Assembly (NCBI GenBank): GCA_965217185.1
Contig: OZ244252.1
Span: 2,752,001 to 2,816,000 of the forward strand
From: an uncultured Candidatus Entotheonella sp.
Lineage (GTDB): Bacteria; Tectomicrobia; Entotheonellia; Entotheonellales; Entotheonellaceae
Reading direction: 5' to 3'
DNA: 64,000 nt
Numbering within the stretch: position 1 is the stretch's first letter; each line of letters begins with the position of its first letter. This document shows, piece after piece, positions 1 through 10,095 of the stretch. The notes below the pieces were generated by a model that was given only the letters and a program-made list of their open reading frames with translations, was not told where the DNA came from and made no database searches. The position numbers and the translations under genes are program-made.

Positions 1-281
1 TGGGCATTGCGCAGGTTGGATACGCCGGTGGTAGCGTACCGGTTGTGGCCAATCGCCAAGCGTCCCGGCAGCCGCGCCAGGCGGTCTTCGGTAAACACGT
101 CGTTGACGCGCCCCATGCCCACTTCGGCATGCATGGTCTCGCCGTCCGAAGATACGATGCCGGTGCTTTCCTGCCCGCGATGCTGCAGCGCGTAGAGCCC
201 CAGATAGGTCAGCTTGGCGGCCTCGGTCGGGCCGTGTACGCCGACGATGGCACATTCGTCGTGAAGCTTATCCGCGTCCAC
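1..281 (-). CDS. purF: Amidophosphoribosyltransferase, 5' part (runs off window start)
   Basis: Not in the ORF track. Manual translation from GTG at 281 gives MDADKLHDECAIVG..YLGLYALQHRGQESTGI..AIGHNRYATTG, the PurF propeptide/Cys and QHRGQE motifs. Confidence 0.93.
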   Translation of the reverse strand, partial: MDADKLHDECAIVGVHGPTEAAKLTYLGLYALQHRGQESTGIVSSDGETMHAEVGMGRVNDVFTEDRLARLPGRLAIGHNRYATTGVSNLRNA

Positions 282-993
282 TCGTCAGCCACCCTTCGTC
301 TTTGAAACTCACGTAACAATTGCGTCCGACAATAATATGGTCCAGCACGGGAATGCCGATCGTCTCGCCGGCGTCGAGCAGGCGGCGAGTCAGGGCGCGG
401 TCCTCCGGGCTGGGCTGCGGGTCGCCGCTGGGATGGTTATGTATGCAGATGATGGCGGCGGCGGAATCCCGGATGGCGGTATTGAACACCTCGCGCGGGT
501 GTACCACACTGGCGTCGAGCGACCCCTGCGAGATCATCACGTCCCGCATGAAACGGTTCTTGCGGTCGAGCATGAGGACTTGAAACTGCTCGCGCTTCTT
601 GTCGGCGAATCGGGGCATGTAGAAATTGGCCACGTCCTCGCTGCAGCGAAATTGTTGCTGCTGAAAGGGGCCACCCTGCTTTTGCAGCCGGCGCAGGCCA
701 AGCTCGAAAGCGGCCTTGATCTCGCACCCCTTGGCGGGTCCGATGCCCCGCGCCTGGCTCAGTTCGGCGACCGTGGCGTTGCTGATGGCCGAGAGGTCGT
801 TGTCGAACAAATCGAGCAGGCCGCGTGCCACGTCAACGGCGTTGGCCTTGCTGGCAGGATCGCCGGTGCGCAGCACAATGGCCAGCAGTTGGGCTTCGGA
901 GAGGCTGGCCTCGCCGAACTGCAGCAGGCGCTCGCGGGGGCGTTCGTCCTCCGGCCAGTCCTTGATAGGTTGGTTGTACGGATTTGCTGGCAT
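268..993 (-). CDS. radC: RadC family (JAB/MPN domain) protein
   Basis: PEDERPRERL, GIGPAK, VHPREVF and HNHPSGDPQPS..D motifs. Confidence 0.95.
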   Translation of the reverse strand: MPANPYNQPIKDWPEDERPRERLLQFGEASLSEAQLLAIVLRTGDPASKANAVDVARGLLDLFDNDLSAISNATVAELSQARGIGPAKGCEIKAAFELGLRRLQKQGGPFQQQQFRCSEDVANFYMPRFADKKREQFQVLMLDRKNRFMRDVMISQGSLDASVVHPREVFNTAIRDSAAAIICIHNHPSGDPQPSPEDRALTRRLLDAGETIGIPVLDHIIVGRNCYVSFKDEGWLTSGRG

Positions 994-1100
994 GGGTCCG
1001 TTACCGGTTGTTGTCAGGCGGGAAGGGCCGGCTGTTGCCGGCGAATGAGGCTGGCAGTGTATCAGATATCCCGGCCAAATACACGGCGGCGCGGCGGCGG

Positions 1101-1129
1101 TTGACCCGCGGCGGCTTCCTCTCTATAGT
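1101..1129 (+). promoter_or_regulatory. Putative sigma70 promoter of fabI
   Basis: TTGACC, 17 bp spacer, TATAGT, about 50 bp upstream of the fabI ATG. Confidence 0.55.
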
Positions 1130-1177
1130 CACTTCAATAATCTGCTTTCCGCCATCCATCATGCAAGGAAAATCCCG

Positions 1178-1954
1178 ATGAGTGTTCTCGACCTGAGCGG
1201 CAAGACAGCCTTGGTGCTGGGCATTGCCAATCGCTGGTCTATTGCCTATGCCATTGGATCGCTTCTGCAGGCGCATGGCGCGCGACTGGCGGTCACGTAC
1301 CAGAACGAGCGGGTTGCCGACGAGGTGCTGAAACTTACCGGCGACTGGCCGGGCGTGCTGCCGCTGGCGTGCGAGCTGACCGACGACGCGCAGGTCGAGG
1401 CGGTGTTTGAACGCCTCAAGAACGAGTTCGGCAGCCTCAACTACCTGATTCACTGCATTGCCTTCGCCGACCGCAGTGAGTTGCAAGGGCCGTTTCGCAA
1501 CATCTCGCGTGGCGGCTTCCATACCTCGCTGGACATCAGCGCCTACTCGCTGATCGGTGCGGCGCAGCGGGCGACGCCGCTGATGCCGGCCGGCGACAGC
1601 AGCATCCTCACCCTCACCTACATGGCAAGCGAGCGGGTGGTGCCCAACTACAACGTCATGGCGCTGGCCAAGGCCGCCCTGGAGAACAGCGTGCGCTACC
1701 TGGCGAGCGACCTGGGGCCGCTGGGCATCCGCGTCAACGCCATTTCCGCAGGGCCGGTGCGCACCGCCTCGGCGCGAGCCATCAGCGGCTTTACCGACAT
1801 GCTCAAGCAACACGCCGAAAAATCCCCCCTGCGCCGCAACGTCACCGCCGAGGAAGTGGGCAAGGCAGCCCTCTACCTGTGCAGCGATCTCGCCAGCGGC
1901 GTGACCGGCACGGTGCATTTCGTCGACGGCGGCTACCACATTCTGGGAGCATGA
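1178..1954 (+). CDS. fabI: Enoyl-ACP reductase (NADH)
   Basis: GIANRWSIA, YNVMALAKAALE, RVNAISAGPVRT and VDGGY motifs. Confidence 0.95.
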   Translation: MSVLDLSGKTALVLGIANRWSIAYAIGSLLQAHGARLAVTYQNERVADEVLKLTGDWPGVLPLACELTDDAQVEAVFERLKNEFGSLNYLIHCIAFADRSELQGPFRNISRGGFHTSLDISAYSLIGAAQRATPLMPAGDSSILTLTYMASERVVPNYNVMALAKAALENSVRYLASDLGPLGIRVNAISAGPVRTASARAISGFTDMLKQHAEKSPLRRNVTAEEVGKAALYLCSDLASGVTGTVHFVDGGYHILGA

Positions 1955-1984
1955 CCGCCGCCCGGACCGCAACCAAGGAGCCCG

Positions 1985-3574
1985 ATGGCTGAGAGTGCCC
2001 AACCCGCGCCGCAATATACGGTCATGGGGCTCGACACGCGGGCGCCCTCCTACAAGTGGTTGGTGGCCGGCATCATTTTGCTGGCCGGCGTCACACAAAC
2101 GTTTGCCGGAAACAGCGTCAACCTCGCCATCCCTCGCCTCATGGCCGCCTTCGGCACTGACCTCGCCACCGCCCAATGGGTGACCACCAGCTTCCTGATT
2201 ACCCGCACCCTGGTTACGCCGATCCTCGGCTGGCTCGGCGGCGTGATGGGCAACCGCAACCTGTTCGTCGCCATGCTGGTGACGTTCGTTATCGCCAGCC
2301 TGGGCTGCAGCTTTGCGCCGAATCTGCCGATCCTGATCCTCTGCCGGCTGATACAGGGCTGCGCCACCGGACCGATGGAGGGGCTGACCGCCGTCATCCT
2401 GGTGCAGACGTTTCCGGCGCGACAAAGGGGGACGGCGCTCGGGCTGCGCTCGATTGGCGGGTCGGCGGGGCAGATCGTCTCGTTTACGGCGGGCGGCTAC
2501 CTGATGGAACGGCTGTCGTGGCGGGTGCTGTTTCTGCTGGGCATCCCGACCGGCGTACTGGCGGCGGTACTGGGCTGGCTGATGCTTCCGCAGCACCGGG
2601 AGTACCGGGGCGAGCCGGTCGATTACCCCGGTCTGGTTAGTCTGGGCGGCTTTCTGGTTCCCCTGCTGCTGCTCATCAGCCTGGGGCGCCGGGCGGACGC
2701 GGAGACGCCGATGCTTGTGTTACTGGGGTTGGGGGCGCTGCTGGGCGGCGGCTGTTTCGTCCTGCGCGAGTTGCTGGCGGCCTTTCCGGCGGTCAACCTG
2801 CGGCTGTTCATGCGGCCTGCGTTCGGCCTCATCTGCGCCACGGCGTTCTTCAACAGCCTGGGGCTGTTCGGCGCCCAGTTCATGGTGCCGATCTTTCTGC
2901 AGCAGGTGATCGGCCTGACGACGCTGCAGGCCGGTCTGGCCATCGTGCCGGCCCTCATCGTGTCGGCCATGACAGGGGTCCTCATTGGGCGTCTCACCGA
3001 CATGTTGTCGCCGTCGCTTCTGGTGATCGGTGGACTGGCGGTGATCACCAGTGTCTTCTATGTATTTTCCTCGGTGACGGCGCTGACCACGGTAGGCGTA
3101 CTGGTCATTTACATCATGCTCTACCGCATCTGCATGCTGTGCATCTCCATGCCGATTACTGCCCTCAATATCCGCATCCTCGGCACGCGTCAAGTGCGCA
3201 TGGGACAGGGTCTGCTGGGGGTGGTCCGCAACATCGGCGCCTCGCTGGGCGTGACCGTGACCAGTGTGTTTTTCGAGCAGCGCCGGGTGCGGCATCAGCT
3301 TTTGGGGTACGACACGTACGACGCCGGCGCGTCGGACCACCACGAAACCCTGGGCCAGCTCGAACAGACCCTGACGCAGGAGGGTATCGAGGGCTCGGCG
3401 GCGAACAGCATGGCGTTGCGCACGATCCAGCGGCAAATCGACGTCGAGGCGATTGCGGCCGGCTTCCGGGACAGTTTTCTCTTTGTGTGCGTGTGTTTTC
3501 TGATCTCGGCGCTACCAATGATGTGGCTCATGACGCGGCGGCTCGACCGTACCCAGGCGGAAACAGCCGGGTAA
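1985..3574 (+). CDS. MFS transporter, DHA2/EmrB-QacA-like
   Basis: 529 aa with many hydrophobic segments; AQWVTTSFLI and RLIQG motifs; large C-terminal loop typical of EmrB. Confidence 0.85.
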   Translation: MAESAQPAPQYTVMGLDTRAPSYKWLVAGIILLAGVTQTFAGNSVNLAIPRLMAAFGTDLATAQWVTTSFLITRTLVTPILGWLGGVMGNRNLFVAMLVTFVIASLGCSFAPNLPILILCRLIQGCATGPMEGLTAVILVQTFPARQRGTALGLRSIGGSAGQIVSFTAGGYLMERLSWRVLFLLGIPTGVLAAVLGWLMLPQHREYRGEPVDYPGLVSLGGFLVPLLLLISLGRRADAETPMLVLLGLGALLGGGCFVLRELLAAFPAVNLRLFMRPAFGLICATAFFNSLGLFGAQFMVPIFLQQVIGLTTLQAGLAIVPALIVSAMTGVLIGRLTDMLSPSLLVIGGLAVITSVFYVFSSVTALTTVGVLVIYIMLYRICMLCISMPITALNIRILGTRQVRMGQGLLGVVRNIGASLGVTVTSVFFEQRRVRHQLLGYDTYDAGASDHHETLGQLEQTLTQEGIEGSAANSMALRTIQRQIDVEAIAAGFRDSFLFVCVCFLISALPMMWLMTRRLDRTQAETAG

Positions 3575-3630
3575 TCGACGGGCACGCCGTCTCAGAGGGA
3601 GGAAGCGCCTAACGGATGGGGGCGCCGGAT

Positions 3631-4023
3631 TTAGTTGTCCCCGGCTTGCCCCTCGTATTGGTGGATTGCCTTACCAAGGGTGCGCAGCGGCAGCATGGCG
3701 CACTTGACGCGCATGGTGGTGAGCGAAATACCAATCAGGTCCAGCATGTCCTGCCGGTCCATCTCCTTGACTTCTCCCAGCGTCTTGCCTTCCACGGCCT
3801 CCATCAGCATCGAAGCGGCAGCGAGGCTGATGACGCAACCCTCGCCCTCGAAGCATACCTTTTCCAGGCGGCCCTGCGGGTCGAGGCTGGCCTGGATGCA
3901 GACCTCGTCGCCGCACAGCGGGTTGAGGCCGCGAAATTCCAGGGTGGGTTGCGGCAGTGAGCCGCGGTTGTAGGGGTTCTCGTAATGGTCCAGGATGTTT
4001 TCCTGGTACATGTTGAAACTCAT
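3631..4023 (-). CDS. sufU: SufU/IscU-like Fe-S scaffold or sulfur acceptor
   Basis: YQENILDHYENP, NPLCGD, GCVIS and RVKCAML; ATG overlaps the sufS stop. Confidence 0.9.
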   Translation of the reverse strand: MSFNMYQENILDHYENPYNRGSLPQPTLEFRGLNPLCGDEVCIQASLDPQGRLEKVCFEGEGCVISLAAASMLMEAVEGKTLGEVKEMDRQDMLDLIGISLTTMRVKCAMLPLRTLGKAIHQYEGQAGDN

Positions 4024-5270
4024 CGCCGTAACAACCTCCTGGCTTCGCCAATCGCTTCCACAAGGACGTTGATCTCCTCGAGGGTGTTGTAGACATAGAA
4101 GCTCGCCCGACAGGTGCTGTTGAGCCCGAGGGTGCGCATGAGCGGCATGGCGCAATGGTGGCCGCCGCGAATGGCAACGCCGTGCTGGTCCAGAATCGAG
4201 GCGACGTCGTGCGGGTGCAGGCTGTCGAGGTTGAAGGAGATAACACCGCTGCGGTCGTCTTCGGACTCAGGGCCGTAAACGTCGAGGTTGCGCACCTGCC
4301 GCAATTGTTCCAGGGCGTAGCGGGCCAGGGTATGCTCGTGCGCCTGCACCGCCTCCATGCCGACGCCTTGCAGATACTCGACCGCCGCCGCCAGGCCGAT
4401 GCCTTGTGCGATGGGCGGCGTGCCGGCCTCGAATTTCCAGGGCAATTCGTTCCAGCTTGCGTCCTCCAGGGTGACCTCGCTGATCATGTCGCCGCCGAAC
4501 AGGAAGGGCTCCATTTGTTCCAGGATGCGGCGCCTGCCGTAAAGACCGCCGATGCCGGTGGGCCCGAGCATCTTGTGGCCGGAAAAGGCAAAGAAGTCGC
4601 AGTCCATGGCGCGCACGTCGATGGCCATGTGGGGGATGCTCTGGGCGCCATCGACGCAGATCAGCGCGCCGTGGGCGTGCGCCATGCGGCCGAGCTCGGC
4701 GACGGGATTGACGGTGCCCAGCACGTTCGATACCTGGGCGACGGAGACCAGCTTGGTACGCGGCCCGATGATCTCTGCGGCGTGGTCCATGTCCAGACGG
4801 CCGTCGGCGGTCAGCCGAATGTACCGAATGGCGGCGCCGGTGCGTTTGGCAACCTGTTGCCAGGGCACCAGGTTGCTGTGATGTTCCAGCGGGGTGAGAA
4901 CCATTTCGTCGCCGGCGTGCAGGTTGGACAACCCCCAAGCGTAGGCCACGAGGTTGAGCGCCTCAGTGGTATTTTTGGTGAAGATCATTTCTTCGAAGTC
5001 GGCATTGATGAAATCGGCGACGCGCACGTGCGCCTGCTCGTAGGCGACGGTGGCCTCTTCGCTCAAGACATAGACGCCGCGGTGGATGTTGGCGTGGGAT
5101 TCCTGGTAGTAGCGGCTGACAGCGTCGATGACGGCGTTCGGTTTCTGGGACGATGAGGCGCTATCGAGATAGACCAGCGGGCGGTCGTGGATGGTGCGGC
5201 TGAGAATCGGAAAATCGCCCCGCAGGGCCTCGACGTCAAGGGCCGGTTGCGTTTGCAAAGGCAGAGACAT
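4020..5270 (-). CDS. sufS: Cysteine desulfurase, SufS family
   Basis: YLDSASSSQKP, EHHSN, DGAQS, FSGHKMLGPTG, EAGTP and RGGHHCAMP. Confidence 0.95.
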   Translation of the reverse strand: MSLPLQTQPALDVEALRGDFPILSRTIHDRPLVYLDSASSSQKPNAVIDAVSRYYQESHANIHRGVYVLSEEATVAYEQAHVRVADFINADFEEMIFTKNTTEALNLVAYAWGLSNLHAGDEMVLTPLEHHSNLVPWQQVAKRTGAAIRYIRLTADGRLDMDHAAEIIGPRTKLVSVAQVSNVLGTVNPVAELGRMAHAHGALICVDGAQSIPHMAIDVRAMDCDFFAFSGHKMLGPTGIGGLYGRRRILEQMEPFLFGGDMISEVTLEDASWNELPWKFEAGTPPIAQGIGLAAAVEYLQGVGMEAVQAHEHTLARYALEQLRQVRNLDVYGPESEDDRSGVISFNLDSLHPHDVASILDQHGVAIRGGHHCAMPLMRTLGLNSTCRASFYVYNTLEEINVLVEAIGEARRLLRR

Positions 5271-5357
5271 GTTATGAGACTCCTTAGAGTCGGGCACTGG
5301 AAGCGGCGCGATACCCCCGTGAAGTGGTAGCCAAGCACTCTAACCAACCTGCTTGCC

Positions 5358-6248
5358 TTACGTCAAGCGCCGCAGCCTTGCCGCATGCTGCAGGACGAGG
5401 CCGGCGACGATCAGCCCCAAGCCCGCAAACGTGGCGCCGCGAATGACCTCGCCGACCAACAAGTTGATAAACAGTAGGGAAAGAAACGGCGAGATAAAGA
5501 TGAGGTAGCCGACTTGCGCGGTGTTGGCCGCCAGCCTGAGCGCCATCAACCAACACACGAAGGTGACGCCCATCTCGAACATCCCCACGTAGGCGGCACC
5601 TAGTAGGCCCGGCAGGCTGGCAACGCGCAGGTCGGAAAACAACCAGCAGGCGGCGGCGACAAACGGAAATCCAAACACGAAGTTGAGCCACAACCCGGCC
5701 ACCGGGTCGCGTTCGTCCTTGGTGTTGTAGATCCAGTACAGCGCCCAGATGACGGTGCTTCCCAGTGCCAGAGCAACGCCGGCGGGGTCCGAAAAGTGCA
5801 GACCGGACAGGTCGCCGCGGAGTGAAATGACCACCACGCCGCTGTAACTGACCAGTCCGGCCATGACTTCCCGGACGCCGAGGCGCTGCCCCAACAGCGG
5901 CACGGACAGAAAGGCCAACGTCAGCGCCCAGGTATAGTTCAGCGGCTGCGCCTCCTGCGCCGGCAGCAGATCGTAGGCTTTGAAGAGAATCAGGTAATAC
6001 AGGAACGGGTTCAGCAGCCCCAGGGCCAGCGACTGCCCATATTGCCTGCCCGAGTAGGACAGCACCAGCCGCCACCGGCCCCGCACAATCAGGATGACGC
6101 TGAGCACCAGGATGGAAACGATACACGCATACAACAGAAGTTGGAAGTGATCCACGTGCCGCAATGACAGCTTGAACGCCGACGCCACGGTGGACCACAG
6201 CAGCACAGTGGTCAGTCCATACGCATACGCCTTCGTCTGGTTGCGCAT
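5358..6248 (-). CDS. EamA/DMT family transporter
   Basis: 296 aa, about 10 hydrophobic segments in a duplicated arrangement. Confidence 0.85.
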   Translation of the reverse strand: MRNQTKAYAYGLTTVLLWSTVASAFKLSLRHVDHFQLLLYACIVSILVLSVILIVRGRWRLVLSYSGRQYGQSLALGLLNPFLYYLILFKAYDLLPAQEAQPLNYTWALTLAFLSVPLLGQRLGVREVMAGLVSYSGVVVISLRGDLSGLHFSDPAGVALALGSTVIWALYWIYNTKDERDPVAGLWLNFVFGFPFVAAACWLFSDLRVASLPGLLGAAYVGMFEMGVTFVCWLMALRLAANTAQVGYLIFISPFLSLLFINLLVGEVIRGATFAGLGLIVAGLVLQHAARLRRLT

Positions 6249-6308
6249 AGTGCGTCCAATGACAGGGTGAAGCGGGTTGTACCAGCCACCTCGTCATTGC
6301 CTGCCGTG

Positions 6309-6731
6309 TTAGGCGTCAATACGTGCGGAGGCGTAGCCGCTGGCCACTTCCGCTCCGTCCTGGTTGACGGTGGAAACGGCGAGATCGACGAAATGAGTAC
6401 CGTCCTCTTCGCGGATGGCTTGCACGGTGGCGGTGGAGGTCAGGGTGTCGCCGGGCCAGACCTGGCGGGTGAAGCGGACGCCGAAGGTGGCGAGGCGGCC
6501 GTCGCCAACGTAGTTGGTGAGCATCTTGCCGGTCATACCCATGGAAAGCATGCCGTGGGCAAACACGGAGGGATAGCCGGCCACCTGCGTGGTGTACACC
6601 TCATCGGTGTGGATGGGGTTGTAATCGCCGGAGGCGCCGGCATATTGCACCAGTTGGGTGCGGGTCAGGTTGTCGACGACGACCTCCTGATGGGTGTCGC
6701 CGACCTTGAGGGATTTCGCTGACAATGCCAT
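6309..6731 (-). CDS. MaoC-family (R)-hydratase/dehydratase
   Basis: YAGASGDYNPIH..FAHGM hydratase-2 motif; GGAG RBS before ATG 6731. Confidence 0.9.
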   Translation of the reverse strand: MALSAKSLKVGDTHQEVVVDNLTRTQLVQYAGASGDYNPIHTDEVYTTQVAGYPSVFAHGMLSMGMTGKMLTNYVGDGRLATFGVRFTRQVWPGDTLTSTATVQAIREEDGTHFVDLAVSTVNQDGAEVASGYASARIDA

Positions 6732-6741
6732 GGAGATTCTC

Positions 6742-7221
6742 CTAGCTCTGGTCGACGGGCCGCTCGGTGGTGACGCCAACGCCGCGCGAGGTGACGACCA
6801 ACTCACCGTGTTGATCGCGGTACTCGGTGATGGATTCCGTGAAGATCAACTTGCCCGAACGGCGGCCCTGTTTTTCCCACGTCTTGCCGGGCTTCACGGT
6901 AGCGGTGAGCACGTCGCCCGGCTTGGGATGGCGGTGATAGATATAGTGCTGTTCGGCGTGCAGGCCCCCGCCGCCTTCGCTGCGCGCCACGCCGGTGGGC
7001 TCTTTGCCGGAGCCGAACCACGGCTGGCCCGGCTTGGGCCGCAGGTAGTAGTCGGGATTAAACTGCGCGCTGGCCTGCACAAACGTCGGCGGCGCGATAA
7101 CGGAGCCGGGCTCCGTGCCTTGGGCGTAGTCCGCGTCGTGATAGATCTGGTTGGTATCGCCAACCGCGCGGGCGAAGAGCATGATGTGGCCCGCCTCAAC
7201 GGGAAATTGTTCCACGGCCAT
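6742..7221 (-). CDS. MaoC-like (FAS1-type N-terminal) hotdog dehydratase subunit
   Basis: VEAGHIMLFARAVGD..APPTF..LHAEQ..Y.RHPKPGD; paired with the adjacent MaoC gene. Confidence 0.85.
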   Translation of the reverse strand: MAVEQFPVEAGHIMLFARAVGDTNQIYHDADYAQGTEPGSVIAPPTFVQASAQFNPDYYLRPKPGQPWFGSGKEPTGVARSEGGGGLHAEQHYIYHRHPKPGDVLTATVKPGKTWEKQGRRSGKLIFTESITEYRDQHGELVVTSRGVGVTTERPVDQS

Positions 7222-7487
7222 TGTCGTCTTCCTCATCGGGATCAGGGGGTGGGCAGCCGAGCCGCTGCCATCGCGTGCACGGCGCGTGCCGTGCCGGAAC
7301 GCCGTCATGGTGGAGCGCTTCCGGGGCGGCGGCGGAAAGCGGATGATACAAAGCAGGGAGGCCGATATCAACCGTCGCGCGGCCTGCGCTGCACCGCCTT
7401 GAGCAACCCCATCGGGGCGAGGGCTTTATGGTATGGTAGGCGCCGCTTGTATCAAAGTTGTCGACAATTTTTGGAGGAGGAGGCGGC

Positions 7488-8159
7488 ATGGAATTGTATG
7501 ACGTGATGCGCACGACGTTTTCCGCTCGGGAATTCACCGACGCGCCGGTGCCGGACGAGACGCTTTACACGATTCTGGACAACGCCCGGTTTGCTTCAAG
7601 CGGCGGCAATCGCCAGGGGTGGCACGTGCTGATCGTGCGCCAGCGGCAAACCCGTGAAGCGCTGGCGGCATTGGGCGAGCTGGCGGCCAAGCGGTATGCC
7701 GCTCAGCAGATTGCCGGTGAGAGTCCGTGGAATGCGGTGTCGCCCACGGGCGTCGATGCGACGACCATCGAGAACACCGCAGTTCCGGCGCGGTTAAGGG
7801 AATCGTTCATCCAGGCGCCCGTGGTGCTGGTGGTATGCGTGGACCTGCGGGTGGTCGCTTCCACGGACCAGTATCTCGAACGGGTGGGGGTGATCAGCGG
7901 CGCGTCGATCTATCCCTTCGTATGGAACATCCTGCTGGCGGCCCGACACGAGGGGTACGGCGGCACGATTACGACCCTGGCCGTGGCCCAGGAATCCAAG
8001 GTGCAGGCATTGCTGAATATCCCGCCGCACGTTGCCGTCAGCGCCGTTATCCCGTTGGGTCAGCCAGTCAAACGGCTCACCCGGCTGCGCCGCAAGCCGG
8101 TGCCGGATTTTGCCCGGCTTGAAAGCTGGGACGGCCAGCCGCTCAACGTCGGAACTTAG
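7488..8159 (+). CDS. Nitroreductase family protein
   Basis: ARFASSGGNRQGW and WNILLAARHEGYG; GGAGGAGG RBS before ATG 7488. Confidence 0.88.
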   Translation: MELYDVMRTTFSAREFTDAPVPDETLYTILDNARFASSGGNRQGWHVLIVRQRQTREALAALGELAAKRYAAQQIAGESPWNAVSPTGVDATTIENTAVPARLRESFIQAPVVLVVCVDLRVVASTDQYLERVGVISGASIYPFVWNILLAARHEGYGGTITTLAVAQESKVQALLNIPPHVAVSAVIPLGQPVKRLTRLRRKPVPDFARLESWDGQPLNVGT

Positions 8160-8184
8160 CGTTCTTCTACGCCCCGCGGACGCC

Positions 8185-8213
8185 TTGCAACGGCACGCAC
8201 CCGCATGTACTCT
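8185..8213 (+). promoter_or_regulatory. Putative sigma70 promoter of argD
   Basis: TTGCAA, 17 bp spacer, TACTCT. Confidence 0.35.
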
Positions 8214-8367
8214 ATGCGCCCGCATTTGCAAATCGTCGCGCGATGATTCCTCCATATTAGGGAGCCTCACGGCGCCCTGCGCAGCATTGCAGTCCAGGCA
8301 CGGTGCCTCAAGCGCGAGGTCGTGTCTTGTCACACCTACCCGGCGATAAGCCAACAGGAGAGATCAC

Positions 8368-9567
8368 ATGACAACCGGTGAGCAGTGGAAACAGGTCGAG
8401 GCCGACTACTACATGCAGGTGGTACGCCGCATGCCCATGGTTCTCGAGCGTGCGCAGGGCACCTACGTGTATGACACCGAGGGCAACGGTTATCTCGATT
8501 TCACTGCCGGCTGGGCGGTGCTCAATGTCGGGCATTCACACCCCGAGGTCACGGCGGCCATCCAGGAACAGGCCGGCATGATCCTGCAGATGAGCAACCT
8601 GTTCTACACCATCCCGCAGCTGAAGCTGGCCAAGATCCTGGTCGATAACTCCTGCATGGACCGAGTGTTTTTCTGCAACTCCGGGGCGGAGGCCAACGAG
8701 GGGGTGTGCAAGCTCGCCCGCAAGTACGGCAAGCTGCACCTCAACGGCGCGCACGAGATCATCACGGCGAACAACTCGTTTCACGGGCGTACCATGGCCA
8801 TGATGGCGGCAACCGGTCAGGCACACTACCAGGACAACTGGCGGCCGCTGATGCCGGGCTTCGTGAACGTTCCGTATAACGACGTGGACGCGATAAAGGA
8901 AGCTACCACGGATCAGACGTGCGCGGTGCTGCTGGAACCGGTGCAGGGAGAGGGCGGCGTAAACGTGCCGGACGCGGATTACTTCACGCAGGTCCGCGCC
9001 TGGTGCGACGAAAAGAACCTGATGCTCATCTCGGACGAGGTGCAGACAGGCATGGGGCGGCTCGGCACCCTGTTCGGATACGAGCAATTCGGCTTCGAGC
9101 CGGACGCCTTGACCATGGCCAAGGGGCTCGGTGCCGGCGCGCCCCTGGGCGCCTTCCTGTGCAAGCAGGAATATGCCGTTCTGGAGCCCGGCGACCACGG
9201 CTCTACCTTCGGCGGCAATGCCCTGACGACCGCGGCCGGCGCCGCGGGCGCCAAGGTCGTGGTTGACGAGAATTGGTCGGTCAAGGGCGCGGAGACCGGT
9301 GCGTACCTCAAAGGCAGGCTGGAGGAATTGCAGGCGAAACACGACGTGGTCACCGACGTGCGCGGCATGGGCATGCTGCTGGCGCTCGAATTGGCCGACA
9401 ACCGCGCCGCTGCGGTCATCGCTGAAACCGTCGCCAACGGCCTGTTGCTCAATGCAGTGCGACCGAACACTATTCGCTTCATGCCGCCGCTGACCACCAG
9501 CCGGGCGGAGATCGACGATGCCATCGGCATTCTCGACGCGGCCCTGATCAAGGTTCCGGCGCCTTGA
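8368..9567 (+). CDS. argD: Acetylornithine aminotransferase (class III PLP)
   Basis: NSGAEANE, SFHGRT, EPVQGEGG, DEVQTGMGR and HGSTFGGN. Confidence 0.92.
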   Translation: MTTGEQWKQVEADYYMQVVRRMPMVLERAQGTYVYDTEGNGYLDFTAGWAVLNVGHSHPEVTAAIQEQAGMILQMSNLFYTIPQLKLAKILVDNSCMDRVFFCNSGAEANEGVCKLARKYGKLHLNGAHEIITANNSFHGRTMAMMAATGQAHYQDNWRPLMPGFVNVPYNDVDAIKEATTDQTCAVLLEPVQGEGGVNVPDADYFTQVRAWCDEKNLMLISDEVQTGMGRLGTLFGYEQFGFEPDALTMAKGLGAGAPLGAFLCKQEYAVLEPGDHGSTFGGNALTTAAGAAGAKVVVDENWSVKGAETGAYLKGRLEELQAKHDVVTDVRGMGMLLALELADNRAAAVIAETVANGLLLNAVRPNTIRFMPPLTTSRAEIDDAIGILDAALIKVPAP

Positions 9568-9592
9568 CGTTCTGAATTCGCATGGAAAGGCT

Positions 9593-10033
9593 ATGGCCGA
9601 CCAACCCGACCTGCACATCACCGACGCGGTGACGATTCCGATGTCGGAGTTGCAATTCCACTTCAGCCGCAGCGGCGGCCCGGGCGGGCAGCACGTCAAC
9701 CGCACGGAGACGCAGGTGGAGTTGACGTTCGACGTGCAGGGGTCGGCCAGCCTGGACGACTCGCAGCGCACCCGCATCCTCAGCAAGCTGAAATCGGCCA
9801 TCGACAGCCGCGGCGTCCTGCACCTGACCTGCCAGACGACCCGCAGTCAGTTTCGCAACCGCGCCGAGGTTACCGAGCGGTTTCAACACCTGTTGCGGCA
9901 GGCGCTGCACGTTCCCAAGCCCCGCCGCCCCACGCATCCCGGCCGAGCCGCTGCCAAACGCCGTTTGCAGGCAAAACGCCGCGCCGGCCTGCTCAAACAG
10001 GAGCGGCGGCGCCAACAACCCGTAGACGAGTAG
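9593..10033 (+). CDS. arfB: Alternative ribosome rescue peptidyl-tRNA hydrolase
   Basis: RSGGPGGQHVN (GGQ), RSQFRN and a basic C-terminal tail. Confidence 0.93.
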   Translation: MADQPDLHITDAVTIPMSELQFHFSRSGGPGGQHVNRTETQVELTFDVQGSASLDDSQRTRILSKLKSAIDSRGVLHLTCQTTRSQFRNRAEVTERFQHLLRQALHVPKPRRPTHPGRAAAKRRLQAKRRAGLLKQERRRQQPVDE

Positions 10034-10095
10034 ATACCTGTTCAAGACCCCCCGCAATGTGCCCGCGTCGACGCCAGAACTTCGGAGAAAACGCC

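Noticed and set aside
8214..8367. About 150-nt argD leader as a riboswitch
   Set aside because: No recognisable aptamer consensus or terminator; it would need an Rfam/Infernal scan.
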